A stretch of 64,000 nt of DNA from Eledone cirrhosa (Eukaryota): assembly GCA_964016885.1 (NCBI GenBank), contig OZ024740.1, forward strand, positions 13,268,001 to 13,332,000. Direction: 5' to 3'. Below, piece by piece: positions 53,331-64,000 of this stretch (the first letter of the stretch is position 1; every line of letters starts with the position of its first letter). The notes beneath the pieces were generated by a model, which saw only the letters and a program-made list of their open reading frames with translations, did not search any database and had not been told where the DNA came from. Made by a program: the position numbers and the translations under genes.

Positions 53331-54912
53331 TGCCCCGCAAAAGTTTACAACACATTAGGAAAAATGCGGTTTTAGGTATTTTTAATAAAGTTAGGGTAAT
53401 GAAAATTTAACTACCGATAGAACATATAATGAGGCATTTAATGATACAATCATAGTTTTAAAAAAATAACAAGGAAATAACTCATGAAGAAAAATCAATA
53501 TTTTTATAACGCAAAAGTTTACAACACATTTATTAAATCATCTCTTAATATTTCGTAGCGTAACCTTTGTTGCTAATTACACCCTGTAGGCGTTTGGAGT
53601 AGCCTCCTACAAACTTCTTGCATGTTTCTTGGCTAATATTTATCCATTCTTCACAACAAATTTTCTTTAGTTCAGGGATATTTTGGGGTTTCCTTTTTTG
53701 AATTCTCTCCACAAATTTTCGATCGGGTTAAGATCTGGAGACTGACATGGCCATTTTAGAACATTTATTCCATTCGTACTTAACCAAGATTGTGTTAGCT
53801 TTGCAGTATGTTTTGGATTGTTATCTTGTTGAAAAAACCAACCTGGCTTTAAGCTGAGAGAATGTGCACTTTGATGTAAATTCCTTTGGAAAATACCTCT
53901 ATAATAAGTGCCACCCATACTTCCTTCTATTATTTCAATATTTCCTACTCCTGTGGCACTAAATCAACCCCAGACCATGATTGATCCACCTCCAAATTTT
54001 ACAGTTGGAATAGTATTCTTCAGCGAATATTCAGTACCTTTCTTTCTCCAGACTTTTGCCACAGCATTTCGACCAAAATGTTCAATTTTTGTTTCGTCCG
54101 ACCAAAGTACATCTTCCCAAAATGACGCAGGTTTGATGAGATGCTCATTTGCAAAGTTTAATCGACGAAGAACGTGTTTCCTCGTAAGAAGTGGTGTTTT
54201 CCTTGGAGACCTCGAGAAGATATTATATCGACGAAGTGAACGACTAATTGTATCTGTGCTCACTTTTACTCCACTTTCTTCTAGGTCATCCTGAAGATTT
54301 TTAAGAGTACACCGGGGTTCGTTGCCAACCTTTCTCGTCAATAACCGAGCTGCACGTTCCGTTATCTTTCTAGGACAACCAGAACTAATTAGAGGACAGA
54401 TGGAATGATGAGATTTCCAGTGACGAATTATTGTACCAACTGAACTCAATGGCACATTTAACTGACAAGATATCTTTCTATAACCAACACCATTTGTATG
54501 AAGGTCTACAATGCGTTTACAGAGGTCTTGATCAATCAGTTTATTTTTCCCCATATTGTCCATGTTTACAGGACGGTTGTCAATGTTTACAGGATGGTTG
54601 TCAGACAAATAATGATGTAATGTTTTTAATAGTCCTTAGAAGTTACATTAAACCTAATCTAGAACATTCTACTGAATTTTAAATCTGAAAATTTAAGAAT
54701 TTTCATGAAAAAAAGCGATAAATATTTTTTGCGTTATAAAAATATTGATTTTTCTTCATGTGTTATTTCCTTGTTATTTTTCTAAAACTATGATTGTATC
54801 ATTAAATGCCTCATTATATGTTCTATCAGTGGTTAAATTTTCATTACCCTAACTTTATTAAAAATACCTAAAACTGCATTTTTCCTAATGTGTTGTAAAC
54901 TTTTGCGGGGCA

Positions 54913-54915
<3 letters not shown>
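53328..54915 (-). mobile_element. Tc1-family DNA transposon with ~185-200 bp TIRs, TA target
   Basis: TA|CAGTGCCCCGCAAAAGTTTACAACACATT ... AATGTGTTGTAAACTTTTGCGGGGCACTG|TA. Confidence 0.95.
53545..54554 (-). pseudogene. Tc1 DD34E transposase, disrupted
   Basis: MGK..., G.PRKIT, WSDETKI, GGGSIMVWG*, FQQDNNPKH, SPDLNPIENLW, ATKY*. One nonsense codon and frameshifts. Confidence 0.93.
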
Positions 54916-54988
<73 letters not shown>

Positions 54989-54990
<2 letters not shown>

Positions 54991-55081
54991 CGAAGGAAGT
55001 GTGGTAAGGAACCAGGTGGACCATAACGCGTCCAGAAATACCCGTCGAAAGGGCTTGAGCTCTGCCGTCAGGGTCAAGCAT

Positions 55082-55086
<5 letters not shown>
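54989..55086. mobile_element. Rearranged copy of the half-hammerhead family (inverted tail joined to the loop II-3' half)
   Basis: Tail end in reverse, then CGTCCAGAAATACCCGTC-GAAA-GGGCTTGAGCTCTGCC-GTC-AGGGTC. Confidence 0.7.
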
Positions 55087-55125
<39 letters not shown>

Positions 55126-55165
55126 AAGACTGTTGAACCCTCATATGTTGATATAAGACGGGAGA

Positions 55166-55219
<54 letters not shown>

Positions 55220-55436
55220 TTTCTGAATTTGTTTAGCAAGATTCTTTATCTGAAATCGTGTGTTGAAACCGATATTGTTATACTTTGGGAGGGTCATGTT
55301 GCCAATAAGAAACACACGCACCAGTGCTTTCACTTCAATTTATTATATATTTATAAATTTATAAATTTACAAATCTACAAATTTATAAATTTCTGGTTGG
55401 TTGGTTGGTTCCACAACCAGATAGTTGTTTGTATAT

Positions 55437-55481
55437 AGTCATAGTCCTTTCGTCACACACTCTGTGACCTCTTCAGTGACT
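55437..55481 (-). ncRNA. Minimal type I hammerhead ribozyme
   Basis: AGTCA-CTGAAGA-GGTCACA..TGTGAC-GAAAG-GA-CTA-TGACT. Confidence 0.8.
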
Positions 55482-55685
55482 GGGGATTCCTTTCTTTGTT
55501 TCTGTGCCTTTCCTTTCTTCTGTCCTACGCCATTTTGTTTCTGTCTGTGTGTTGTGTGCTCAGTTTGCGCATGCGCCACATCCGGGTGTCTGTGTGTGTT
55601 TGTGTTCATTTATCTATTTGTTTATTTATTTACATGTTATTGGTTGGTTGTTTGTTCTATGTGTGTGTGTGTTTTCATTTTGTCC

Positions 55686-58193
55686 TTAATTGTAAGTTGT
55701 GATGTTGCTGTTCCACTCATATTTTCTATTTAATTTTGGTTGTAATTCTTTTATGTTTATTGCCTCTGTAATTTGTCTAAACATTGCATCTTTTCTGTGT
55801 GTAGATTCTATTTTTATTTCTATGTTCTCTAATTTACCCTTGTGTTCTATTTTAGCATGTTGGTAGAGTACAGATGATTCTTTATTATCTTGAAGGTCTC
55901 GCCAGTGTTCATTTATCCGTTCCCCTATACTACGAGCTGTCTCACCTATGTACACTATATTTTTGTTTCTACATTGTCCTTCAGTACATCTTATGCTATA
56001 CACTACATTTCTAGTTTTACAGTTAATATGGGGGCTTATTTTACAGGTTATACATTTCTTATCTATACATGAAGGTCTTTGGAACGGGTATGTCTTGCTA
56101 ATAAGTGTTTTTACGGAGGTACCTGGTCTTTCTACTATCTTAATATTGAGTTTATGTTTATTTAGGGCCCTTCTAAATTTGTAGGCTAGTTCGCCTCTAG
56201 GGGTTGTATCGATGAACATTACACTCTGGTATTTATTGCTATCATACCATGAGTTTATTCTATTGGCCTTGTTCCTAGTTCTTTCTATTCTATTCCAAAA
56301 TGTGCTCCTATACAAGGGGCAGGTCCCATTTATGTCATTATTTACCATTTTTTCCCATTTGGTTCTGGCTCCTCTATACACTCTGATTCTATCTCTCTGA
56401 TTGTAGCCATAGAACTGCATACGGTGGATGAAGTGTTGTATGTGTCTCTCTAGTTCTTCGGGGTTGCACATGCGGGACACATTTCTCATCACCCGTACCA
56501 AATCCGCAATCAGTATGTTGATTTTGGTATGGTCCGAAATGGCCGAGTTTCGGTGGATCAGATGTTTGGAAGTCATGGGTTTGGCATAATGGGAATGGAG
56601 GATTTGTTTTTGGTTGTTAATGGTATCTAACCAGAGCTCTGTGTCTAGTACAGGTAATCGATGGTTGGGGTGTCTACTTGGGTAGTCTATAGTAACTCTA
56701 ATGCTCTGGTGGATGCAGTTTGCTATTTGCTGGATGCTTTCCATTGTGTTTTTCTCTAGTTCCTGACTGTTCTCTAGTGGGGGTGTCTTAACTACGATGT
56801 TTATATCATCTACGTAGCGGGAGTACATTATCAGGGTTAAGCTGTCTTCTAATTGTTCTTTAAGTTTAAGTTTAAGTCTACTGTCCCACCATACCATGAA
56901 TAAGTTAGCTATGTCGCCTGCAATGCTAACACCAATGGCTGCTCCTTCCTCTTGGGCATATGTTTTTCCATTAAATTTGAACATATGTTCCTTAAGGGTT
57001 AATTTAATGCTGGCCCCTACCGCATGTGCAATCATTTTCTTCAGTTCATCGTGGTTTTCGGGTGTCCGTATGGCTCTGGTCCACCCGTTCCATCTATCTG
57101 TGTGGGTTTTCTTGGCCATTGAGTTAATGGTAGGTGGTCTGCCTCTTGCTGGTCTTGTAGGGCACAGGTTGCTAAGGTCATATGTGTCTAGGTAACTATT
57201 ACTATGGGTAAGCTTAAGTAGAAGTCTCAGCTCACTGGTATCAATCCCACGGAACTCAACCTTGCTCTCGCTGATCATTTCTACGCATTTCTCCACAGCA
57301 AAATCCACGTCAATAGATGGATACAGGGACACAACATCCATACTGCCTATTATGCAGTTTGTTAGGTCCCCAGATCGGTTACTCACGCCGATTCTGCTGA
57401 GGAGGTCCTCCGTGCTGTCACATACATCTGGGGACATCTCAATGATGGGGCGTATGATCAGGGAGAGGAAGTAGGACAGTCTGTAGTTACTAGCAATGTT
57501 AGCTCCACAGACTGGCCGTGTTGGTGGTCCCGCGACAGGGTCACAGCCCGTTTTATGGTCTTTTCGAAGCCCATACAACGCCGGCACGTCATTGTTCCAG
57601 GCCTGGAAGTTGTTGGCAGTCCTTTTGTTGGGCTGCATTATATTCGTCCACATCACCATATGGGCATTGAGGGCTTTTTCTCTATCCTCATGCTCCTGTG
57701 GTGTTACCTCTCTTGTGTTAGTGATGTGGGGTTGCATTGCCTGGATGTAGTTTGGCAGGCTGTCAACCGACATTCTGCCAGACTTGTCTGTTGGAAAGCA
57801 TGCTATCTCTCCATTACGTGAGCGCTGCATGAGCTTACGCAAGCCATTTGCAGATTTTTCTCCCAGTTGCTGGGCCTCTATTCTATTATGCTTCTTGCTA
57901 TACTGTTCTATAATATTTCTAAGTTCGGATCTAGCTATACTAAATTGTGCTTCTGTTTGTTCATCGACCTGCGACGGCAACTGCGTGCGTTTGTTAAATC
58001 GTAAAGTCGTGGCGTGGACTCGTCGCAGGTCGAATGATTTATCGGAGGGATTATAAAACGGAGAGTTCCAGGCTGCTGCTTTATGTGTACTAGTGCTATT
58101 GTTATTGTTAGTTGTGTTGTTTCTATTTCTATTTCCACCAACAGCCTCATGGTTGTTTCTATGTCTCTCATAATTACTCCTGTCTCTTTCCAC
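55686..58193 (-). CDS. PLE reverse transcriptase plus GIY-YIG endonuclease (835 aa uninterrupted)
   Basis: RT, linker and GIY-YIG motifs as listed for 55217-59189. The frame stays open upstream to ~58277. Confidence 0.92.
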   Translation of the reverse strand: MERDRSNYERHRNNHEAVGGNRNRNNTTNNNNSTSTHKAAAWNSPFYNPSDKSFDLRRVHATTLRFNKRTQLPSQVDEQTEAQFSIARSELRNIIEQYSKKHNRIEAQQLGEKSANGLRKLMQRSRNGEIACFPTDKSGRMSVDSLPNYIQAMQPHITNTREVTPQEHEDREKALNAHMVMWTNIMQPNKRTANNFQAWNNDVPALYGLRKDHKTGCDPVAGPPTRPVCGANIASNYRLSYFLSLIIRPIIEMSPDVCDSTEDLLSRIGVSNRSGDLTNCIIGSMDVVSLYPSIDVDFAVEKCVEMISESKVEFRGIDTSELRLLLKLTHSNSYLDTYDLSNLCPTRPARGRPPTINSMAKKTHTDRWNGWTRAIRTPENHDELKKMIAHAVGASIKLTLKEHMFKFNGKTYAQEEGAAIGVSIAGDIANLFMVWWDSRLKLKLKEQLEDSLTLIMYSRYVDDINIVVKTPPLENSQELEKNTMESIQQIANCIHQSIRVTIDYPSRHPNHRLPVLDTELWLDTINNQKQILHSHYAKPMTSKHLIHRNSAISDHTKINILIADLVRVMRNVSRMCNPEELERHIQHFIHRMQFYGYNQRDRIRVYRGARTKWEKMVNNDINGTCPLYRSTFWNRIERTRNKANRINSWYDSNKYQSVMFIDTTPRGELAYKFRRALNKHKLNIKIVERPGTSVKTLISKTYPFQRPSCIDKKCITCKISPHINCKTRNVVYSIRCTEGQCRNKNIVYIGETARSIGERINEHWRDLQDNKESSVLYQHAKIEHKGKLENIEIKIESTHRKDAMFRQITEAINIKELQPKLNRKYEWNSNITTYN

Positions 58194-58210
58194 TGGCTCA
58201 ATGTTGTTAT

Positions 58211-59189
58211 CTACCCTATTTTGTGTGTCTGTGTGTTCGTCTTGGTTATTCTCTTTGTCCTTAGTCTCCCTTCTCCTTTAATCCTATTACTTTCCCTTAT
58301 TTCTGTGATTTCTGTGCTACTGTCATTACTTGTTTTCTGTGTCTGTGTGTTTGTTAAGATTGTGGTGGTGGTGAGAGGTATTGAATGCGTGTGTGTTGTT
58401 GTTGTTGATGTGTGCTGTTGTTGATGTGTGTTGTTGTTGTCTCCGTGTGTGTTATCGTTGTTGTGTGTGTTGTTATTGTTGTTTGTGTCTGCGTGTCTGT
58501 TGTTGTTGTTTCTGGGTATGTTGTTATTGTTGTTGTTGTTGATGTGTGTGTTGTTGTTATTGTTGTTTGTGTCTGTGTGTCTGTTGTTGTTGGGATGTGT
58601 GCTGTATATGTGTGTGCGTATATTGTTGCTTTTGTTTTTGATGCTCCAGCGTAGTTTTGTAAATGATTTTTCTATTTCTGACAGACAACTAATCATATTT
58701 ACCTTCTTGAATGTCGCAAATTTCGGCGGCAAACATAACACAGACATTTCATCATTATCTATTTTTGCGTTCCCATATATGTTGGTGTTTTTGTTGTTGA
58801 ACTCTTCTGATAATGAGGTGTCGGCCATGTTGATACCGTCAATTTTGTCGGGATATCTATTGGTATACTCTATAGTATCCTGATTTAGCTTTGCCTGTTT
58901 AAGCCACTTTAGTTTCCTGTTAAAGTGCTTATCACATTCTTGAGTAATGTACTGTTCTTCAGGGCGTATAAGGCTTATAAATATTAGTTTCTCTCTTGGT
59001 GTGGTGATCCTAGCTATTTCTTGTATTAGGTTACGCTTTTGTTTTTCTTGATGACTTAATTCTCTATAGATCTTCTTTTTTATGTTTAGAATTAATGTTC
59101 GTTTTAGCCTATCTGCTTGTTTTTTGGTGAGTTGTAATCTTCTAACGTCGGTATTGATGGTGTTGGTGTAGATTCTGGACGAGGCACAC
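58211..59189 (-). CDS. N-terminal portion of the PLE polyprotein with an Asn/Thr-rich tract, in a different frame from the RT
   Basis: KLKWL, E.SVL.LPPKFA, EIEKSFTKLRW. Near-identical copy at 63237-64000. Confidence 0.75.
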
Positions 59190-59344
59190 ATTTTTAAGTT
59201 AGAGATTTGAAACCTCATCTATTTGCTTCCTTGGCACTTTTTACATAGGTGTATAAATTTTCATGTCCGTCCGACCACGTCTACTACAATTTAATTGTGC
59301 ACAACTGAATTTCAACCACCACCCATTTCACAAATATATATTAG

Positions 59345-59890
59345 ATATGTATGTCGGGTCACTCTTCAGTGCTACTGGTAACATGTACCCAGTACAACCT
59401 GTCGCACGGTCGGGTCGTAGGCGACTAAACCGGCAACCCCACCAAGTTTACTTGGTGAGGAGGGGGATTTTGGACACCCTGCAGGACAAAAAACAAAACC
59501 TGACAAAGGGCGGAAGAACTCAAGAGCCATCCAAAAGTGTGTAAATATGTATATACACATGTTCATATGTATGTATATGTATATGTGTATATACATGGGT
59601 GCATGTGTATGTATATGCGCTGGGACATAGAAATAGTCGGGCTGGATACCTGATCGCGCGGTTAAACCACTGGGAGTGAAGGACCCCTAGCCCTTGTCAG
59701 GGCATTCTTCTAGGAGAAGGCAACTCAGGAAACTGGGATAACTCCGATATAAAACCTGCGGCTCAGTAGTTACCGATGATGTTGATCTTTTCTTCTTTTC
59801 GGGTTATAGCTACTGTCGCTCAGAGAGTGGGATTGGCTCAGTGCACAGTCTTTCCTCACTTTAAACAATATCTTCACGCACAGGCATTTC
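59345..59890 (+). mobile_element. Probable RTE-type 5' UTR or SINE remnants
   Basis: GTCGTAGGCGACTAAAC and GGGCA..TCTAGGAGAAGGCAACTC motifs recalled from RTE 5' regions. No ORF. Confidence 0.4.
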
Positions 59891-59961
59891 ACGATGGAAT
59901 TAATTAATAATTATTAATAATGTTATATCGTGCAATGGTCATACTCGATAACGAGGGGGCA

Positions 59962-60017
<56 letters not shown>

Positions 60018-60043
60018 TGGTGTATAAATATGAATATGTGTCA

Positions 60044-60112
60044 GTGTTTGCAGGTGTGTTTGCAGGTGTGTTTGCAGGTGTGTTTGCAGGTGTGTTTACA
60101 GGTGTGTTTACG
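60044..60112. repeat. 12 bp tandem repeat (GTGTTTGCAGGT) x ~5.5
   Basis: Direct reading. Confidence 0.85.
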
Positions 60113-60255
60113 TGTGTGAGAAAGAGAAAGGTGTGAGAGAAGGGAAATGTCTTCACATTTTCTGTTTGAAGGTTAGATTTCTCGTTTAATTGGATATTTC
60201 ATCCAATTAATGCTAAGTGGTAGTGTTATTTTCCTGTCTGTTAGTCTGTCTGTCC

Positions 60256-60339
<84 letters not shown>

Positions 60340-60349
60340 CTTTATCTGT

Positions 60350-60871
60350 CTGATGCGTGGAACATCACCGGTAAGCTTTTTTGTTAATTTCTATGCAAAA
60401 AACCGAACTAATTGTTTGAAAAAAGATATCATTTTGTAGATTAACCCCCAAGCTGAATTGTCAGCTGGGTGGTAACCCCATTTTTCGCCCCTTTAGGGGC
60501 GAAAATTTAATTTAAAATTGTTTTAAAATATCAAATTTTGCCAACTATAAAACATGAATAACACGAAGGGAACGCTGGAGAACGTCGACAGAGAAAAGAG
60601 AAGTAAAGAGGCAGATTTTAACGTTATATCTGCTTCTGCTACTATGGACGTCGCCATAGATACGACTGTCAATAAAGGGAAAAAAATATTGCCACTTGAA
60701 GATTGTACAATTTCTACCGTCGAAGCAGAACAAAATGAAAACACAGGAATTAAACCCATTAACATACATACACATGAAAAAAACAACATCAACAACTCCA
60801 CAGATACATCTACACATAAAGTTTCACCTCGTCAAGGAACTGAGATTTCCAACACCGAGGCTAACAACGAT

Positions 60872-60902
<31 letters not shown>

Positions 60903-63092
60903 GCAACACCACACAAAAAAAATGTCTTTCGCTGAAACAGTGAACAAAAAACAAGATTTTATAAATCTTGACATCTCCTATGCAAGAGATATGCTCCAGC
61001 AAGGGAGAACATTTTTAACTTTCGAAGAAAAGGGTGGGTTTAGAATTAACTCACCCCTCGAAATAAAAGAAGAGACAGTTCGAAGGACAATGACCTTTAG
61101 GACTGTCTCCAACACAACGAGAAAGCCGATATTTGTTAGTCAAGCAGATATAGAAGCCACCTTCAAGGAGACTCTAGCAAATATTGACTTTCTCCAACGA
61201 GGAAAACAGTACGGAAGTGTTTCCGTACTGTTTAAAAGCGAGGCATTCGCCCCAAAACATTCTGTGATACCAATGGTACATGGGAAAAAGAAAACGAGAA
61301 ATAAAAATAAAAAGTATACCGCCAAACATTAACATCTGGTGGATCTTAGCTGGCTTCGTAGAGCCAGAGACTGATATGATTCTTTCGATACCAAAGTCTA
61401 TTAGACAAAGGTGGGCGGGTACTGATTTGGAGATTCTGATGCAAATGAAATCGGAAAATATTTCCAAAATACCCGAAAAAGTCGTCATCGACGGCAACAA
61501 CAAAATAAACATTACGGTGGAGGGTAGAAAACTTCATTGCTTTCGCTGAGGTAGCACAGCACACCTAAAGTCCTCCTGTCCTTCACAAACACACCACAAC
61601 ATCATTAAAAAATCCTTTTTACCAACACCAACACCAAAACAACCACCACCACAAGTACAACAACAGATGAAACGAGCAAACACACCAAAACAAACAGACA
61701 CTAACCAACAACAACAGAAAAACACAGACAACACTCCTGAAGAACACAGCCCCACCCCATCCCACTCCATCAAACACTACCACAAACACACACACCGAAA
61801 CACCACCACCACACAACATACCCCTACCCCACACTCCTGACGATGATTAAACGACAGACGAGGCTGCTTCTCCTTCTTTAAGTGAAGAAGGAGAGCCTCG
61901 GAAATCTAAAAAACAAAAAAGAGACCACAAAACCCCCCAAAAATCCAATCACCAACACCAACACAACCACAAACACAAACAACAACACAAACAACACCAC
62001 AGTCAAACATCCCCCTACCAGCAAAACCAACACCAACACCACCCAAACACAAGCACCCACCATAAAAAGAAAACTCCCAGACGAACAACAAACTAAAACG
62101 ACACAACAAAAACACAAACAACAAAACGCATACATCAACACAAACAACAAGAGTTTGATGGCGGTCATCTCCCAAAACCCCAAAGTGGAGACAGAGGGCA
62201 AAACTTTCGTCAAAGCAGAATCGTCTCCACACCTAAAACTAATAAGGATTTCGATAGAAACCTATCAGAAATCGAAAAAACCAGTTTTCGCTGGATGTTG
62301 GCAACCCCTGTCAAAAACCTATTAACCGCGTCCTGTTAAAATGCCCCGCCCCCACCAGAACTGAAATGAAGATTGAACAACCCGATCTCCAGGAAACGAA
62401 AAGGTAAGTGCACCTTTTCGTCCCTTTCGCCAATTCTTCTCCACCAACATGGCTAGTTTACGAGTTGGAAGCGTGAATGTGCGTGGCCTAAATAGGGCCA
62501 ACTTTTATACGACCTTAGGTCACACGATATGGATGTGATAACCATCACCGAGTCCAGGATCCACAACAGGCAGCAACTAACCCCCATCTTCAACGACTTT
62601 GAGATCTACGCATCTCTCTGTCAGCCAGGAGGTGGAGGAGGAGTGACTGTCATGTTTCGGAAGAACCTGGACGTCGAAGTACAGAAAGTACACTTGGACC
62701 CAGACGGTAGACTGGTAGTTCTAGACGTGAACAGTATTGGAGGTGGAGCCTTTAGACTGGTGGCCGTTTATGCCCCGACCGGGCAATCGCAATCACGGCC
62801 AGACTTCTTTAAGCGTCTAGAGTCTTTTCTGGGAACATCTCGCTCCTTACTTTTAGTGGGGGACTGGAATGGTATCCTAGATGCACGATAGGACTATGTG
62901 GGAGCATGTCCCAGTAGAGGGGGGTGCAACAGCCTCAAAACTTTAATCGGCCAATTCCAACTGGCCGATAAGTATCAAATGGATTTCCCGACAGCACCAC
63001 AGTGGACGTGGGCTAACCGCAGCGGGACATCTAGATCGTATTTAGATAGGTTCTTCATTAGAGAAAGGGACAAGGAGATGTTAAGTTGTCCA
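60350..63092 (+). mobile_element. 5' half of a third, divergent L1/Tx1 element (broken ORF1 and APE endonuclease)
   Basis: QYGSV, VEGRKLHCFR*G...HLKSSCP, MASLRVGSVNVRGL, VAVYAP, GDWNGILD, SRSYLDR. Confidence 0.88.
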
Positions 63093-64000
63093 GGGGTTGC
63101 ACATACTGATTGCGGATTTGGTACGGGTGATGAGAAATGTGTCCCGCATGTGCAACCCCGAAGAACTAGAGAGACACATACAACACTTCATCCACCGTAT
63201 GCAGTAACATCTCGACAACTATCCTTCATAAAGCAGTGTGCCTCGTCCAGAATCTACACCAACACCATCAATACCGACGTTAGAAGATTACAACTCACCA
63301 AAAAACAAGCAGATAGGCTAAAACGAACATTAATTCTAAACATAAAAAAGAAGATCTATAGAGAATTAAGTCATCAAGAAAAACAAAAGCGTAACCTAAT
63401 ACAAGAAATAGCTAGGATCACCACACCAAGAGAGAAACTAATATTTATAAGCCTTATACGCCCTGAAGAACAGTACATTACTCAAGAATGTGATAAGCAC
63501 TTTAACAGGAAACTAAAGTGGCTTAAACAGGCAAAGCTAAATCAGGATACTATAGAGTATACCAATAGATATCCCGACAAAATTGACGGTATCAACATGG
63601 CCGACACCTCATTATCAGAAGAGTTCAACAACAAAAACACCAACATATATGGGAACGCAAAAATAGATAATGATGAAATGTCTGTGTTATGTTTGCCGCC
63701 GAAATTTGCGACATTCAAGAAGGTAAATATGATTAGTTGTCTGTCAGAAATAGAAAAATCATTTACAAAACTACGCTGGAGCATCAAAAACAAAAGCAAC
63801 AATATACGCACACACATATACAGCACACATCCCAACAACAACAGACACACAGACACAAATAACAATAACAACAACACACACATCAACAACAACAACAATA
63901 ACAACATACCCAGAAACAACAACAACAGACACGCAGACACAAACAACAATAACAACACACACAACAACGATAACACACACGGAGACAACAACAACACACA
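63093..64000 (+). mobile_element. PLE copy (55217-59189 family) truncating the Tx1 element; runs off the window
   Basis: 63103-63205 is the reverse complement of ~56414-56515. 63237-64000 is the reverse complement of ~58425-59189. Confidence 0.9.

Larger units (their letters stand above)
55217..59189 (-). mobile_element. Large Penelope-like retroelement (Neptune-type architecture) with 3' pseudo-LTR at (TA)n
   Basis: RT (TDKSG, SMDVVSLYPSI, GAAIG, YSRYVDD, LPVLD), Cys-rich linker (C...KC.TC), GIY-YIG (VVYSIRC..YIGET.RS..ER..EH). Confidence 0.93.

Noticed and set aside
53964-53966. In-frame TGA in the Tc1 transposase as selenocysteine or readthrough
   Set aside because: Accompanied by downstream frameshifts; ordinary decay of a Cys codon.

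Overview
Eukaryotic, repeat-saturated window with no confidently identifiable host gene. The tRNA-type SINE family and the extreme (TA)n/(CA)n/(AAT)n microsatellite load point to an octopod cephalopod genome (inference from recognition, no search run). The window is a mosaic of retroelements. There are at least four families of Penelope-like elements (PLEs, RT plus GIY-YIG), with near-complete copies at 7065-10595 and 55217-59189. There are three L1/Tx1-clade LINEs (one near full length), three R4/Dong-type restriction-like-endonuclease LINE copies, RTE and CR1/L2 fragments, a Tc1 transposon, MITEs and SINEs. The most notable signal is about 20 minimal type I hammerhead ribozyme (HHR) motifs, read by eye in PLE pseudo-LTRs and short non-coding inverted-repeat elements. 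They include non-canonical cores (U3-A8 covariant, A13C, U4A, U4C) and a family of palindromes that seem to arise by fold-back inside hammerhead stem-loop II. Retroelement families also partition by microsatellite: PLEs in (TA)n, Tx1/Dong/SINE in (AAT)n, and one R4-like element in (ATAC)n. Most long ORFs in the supplied track are artefacts of simple repeats.
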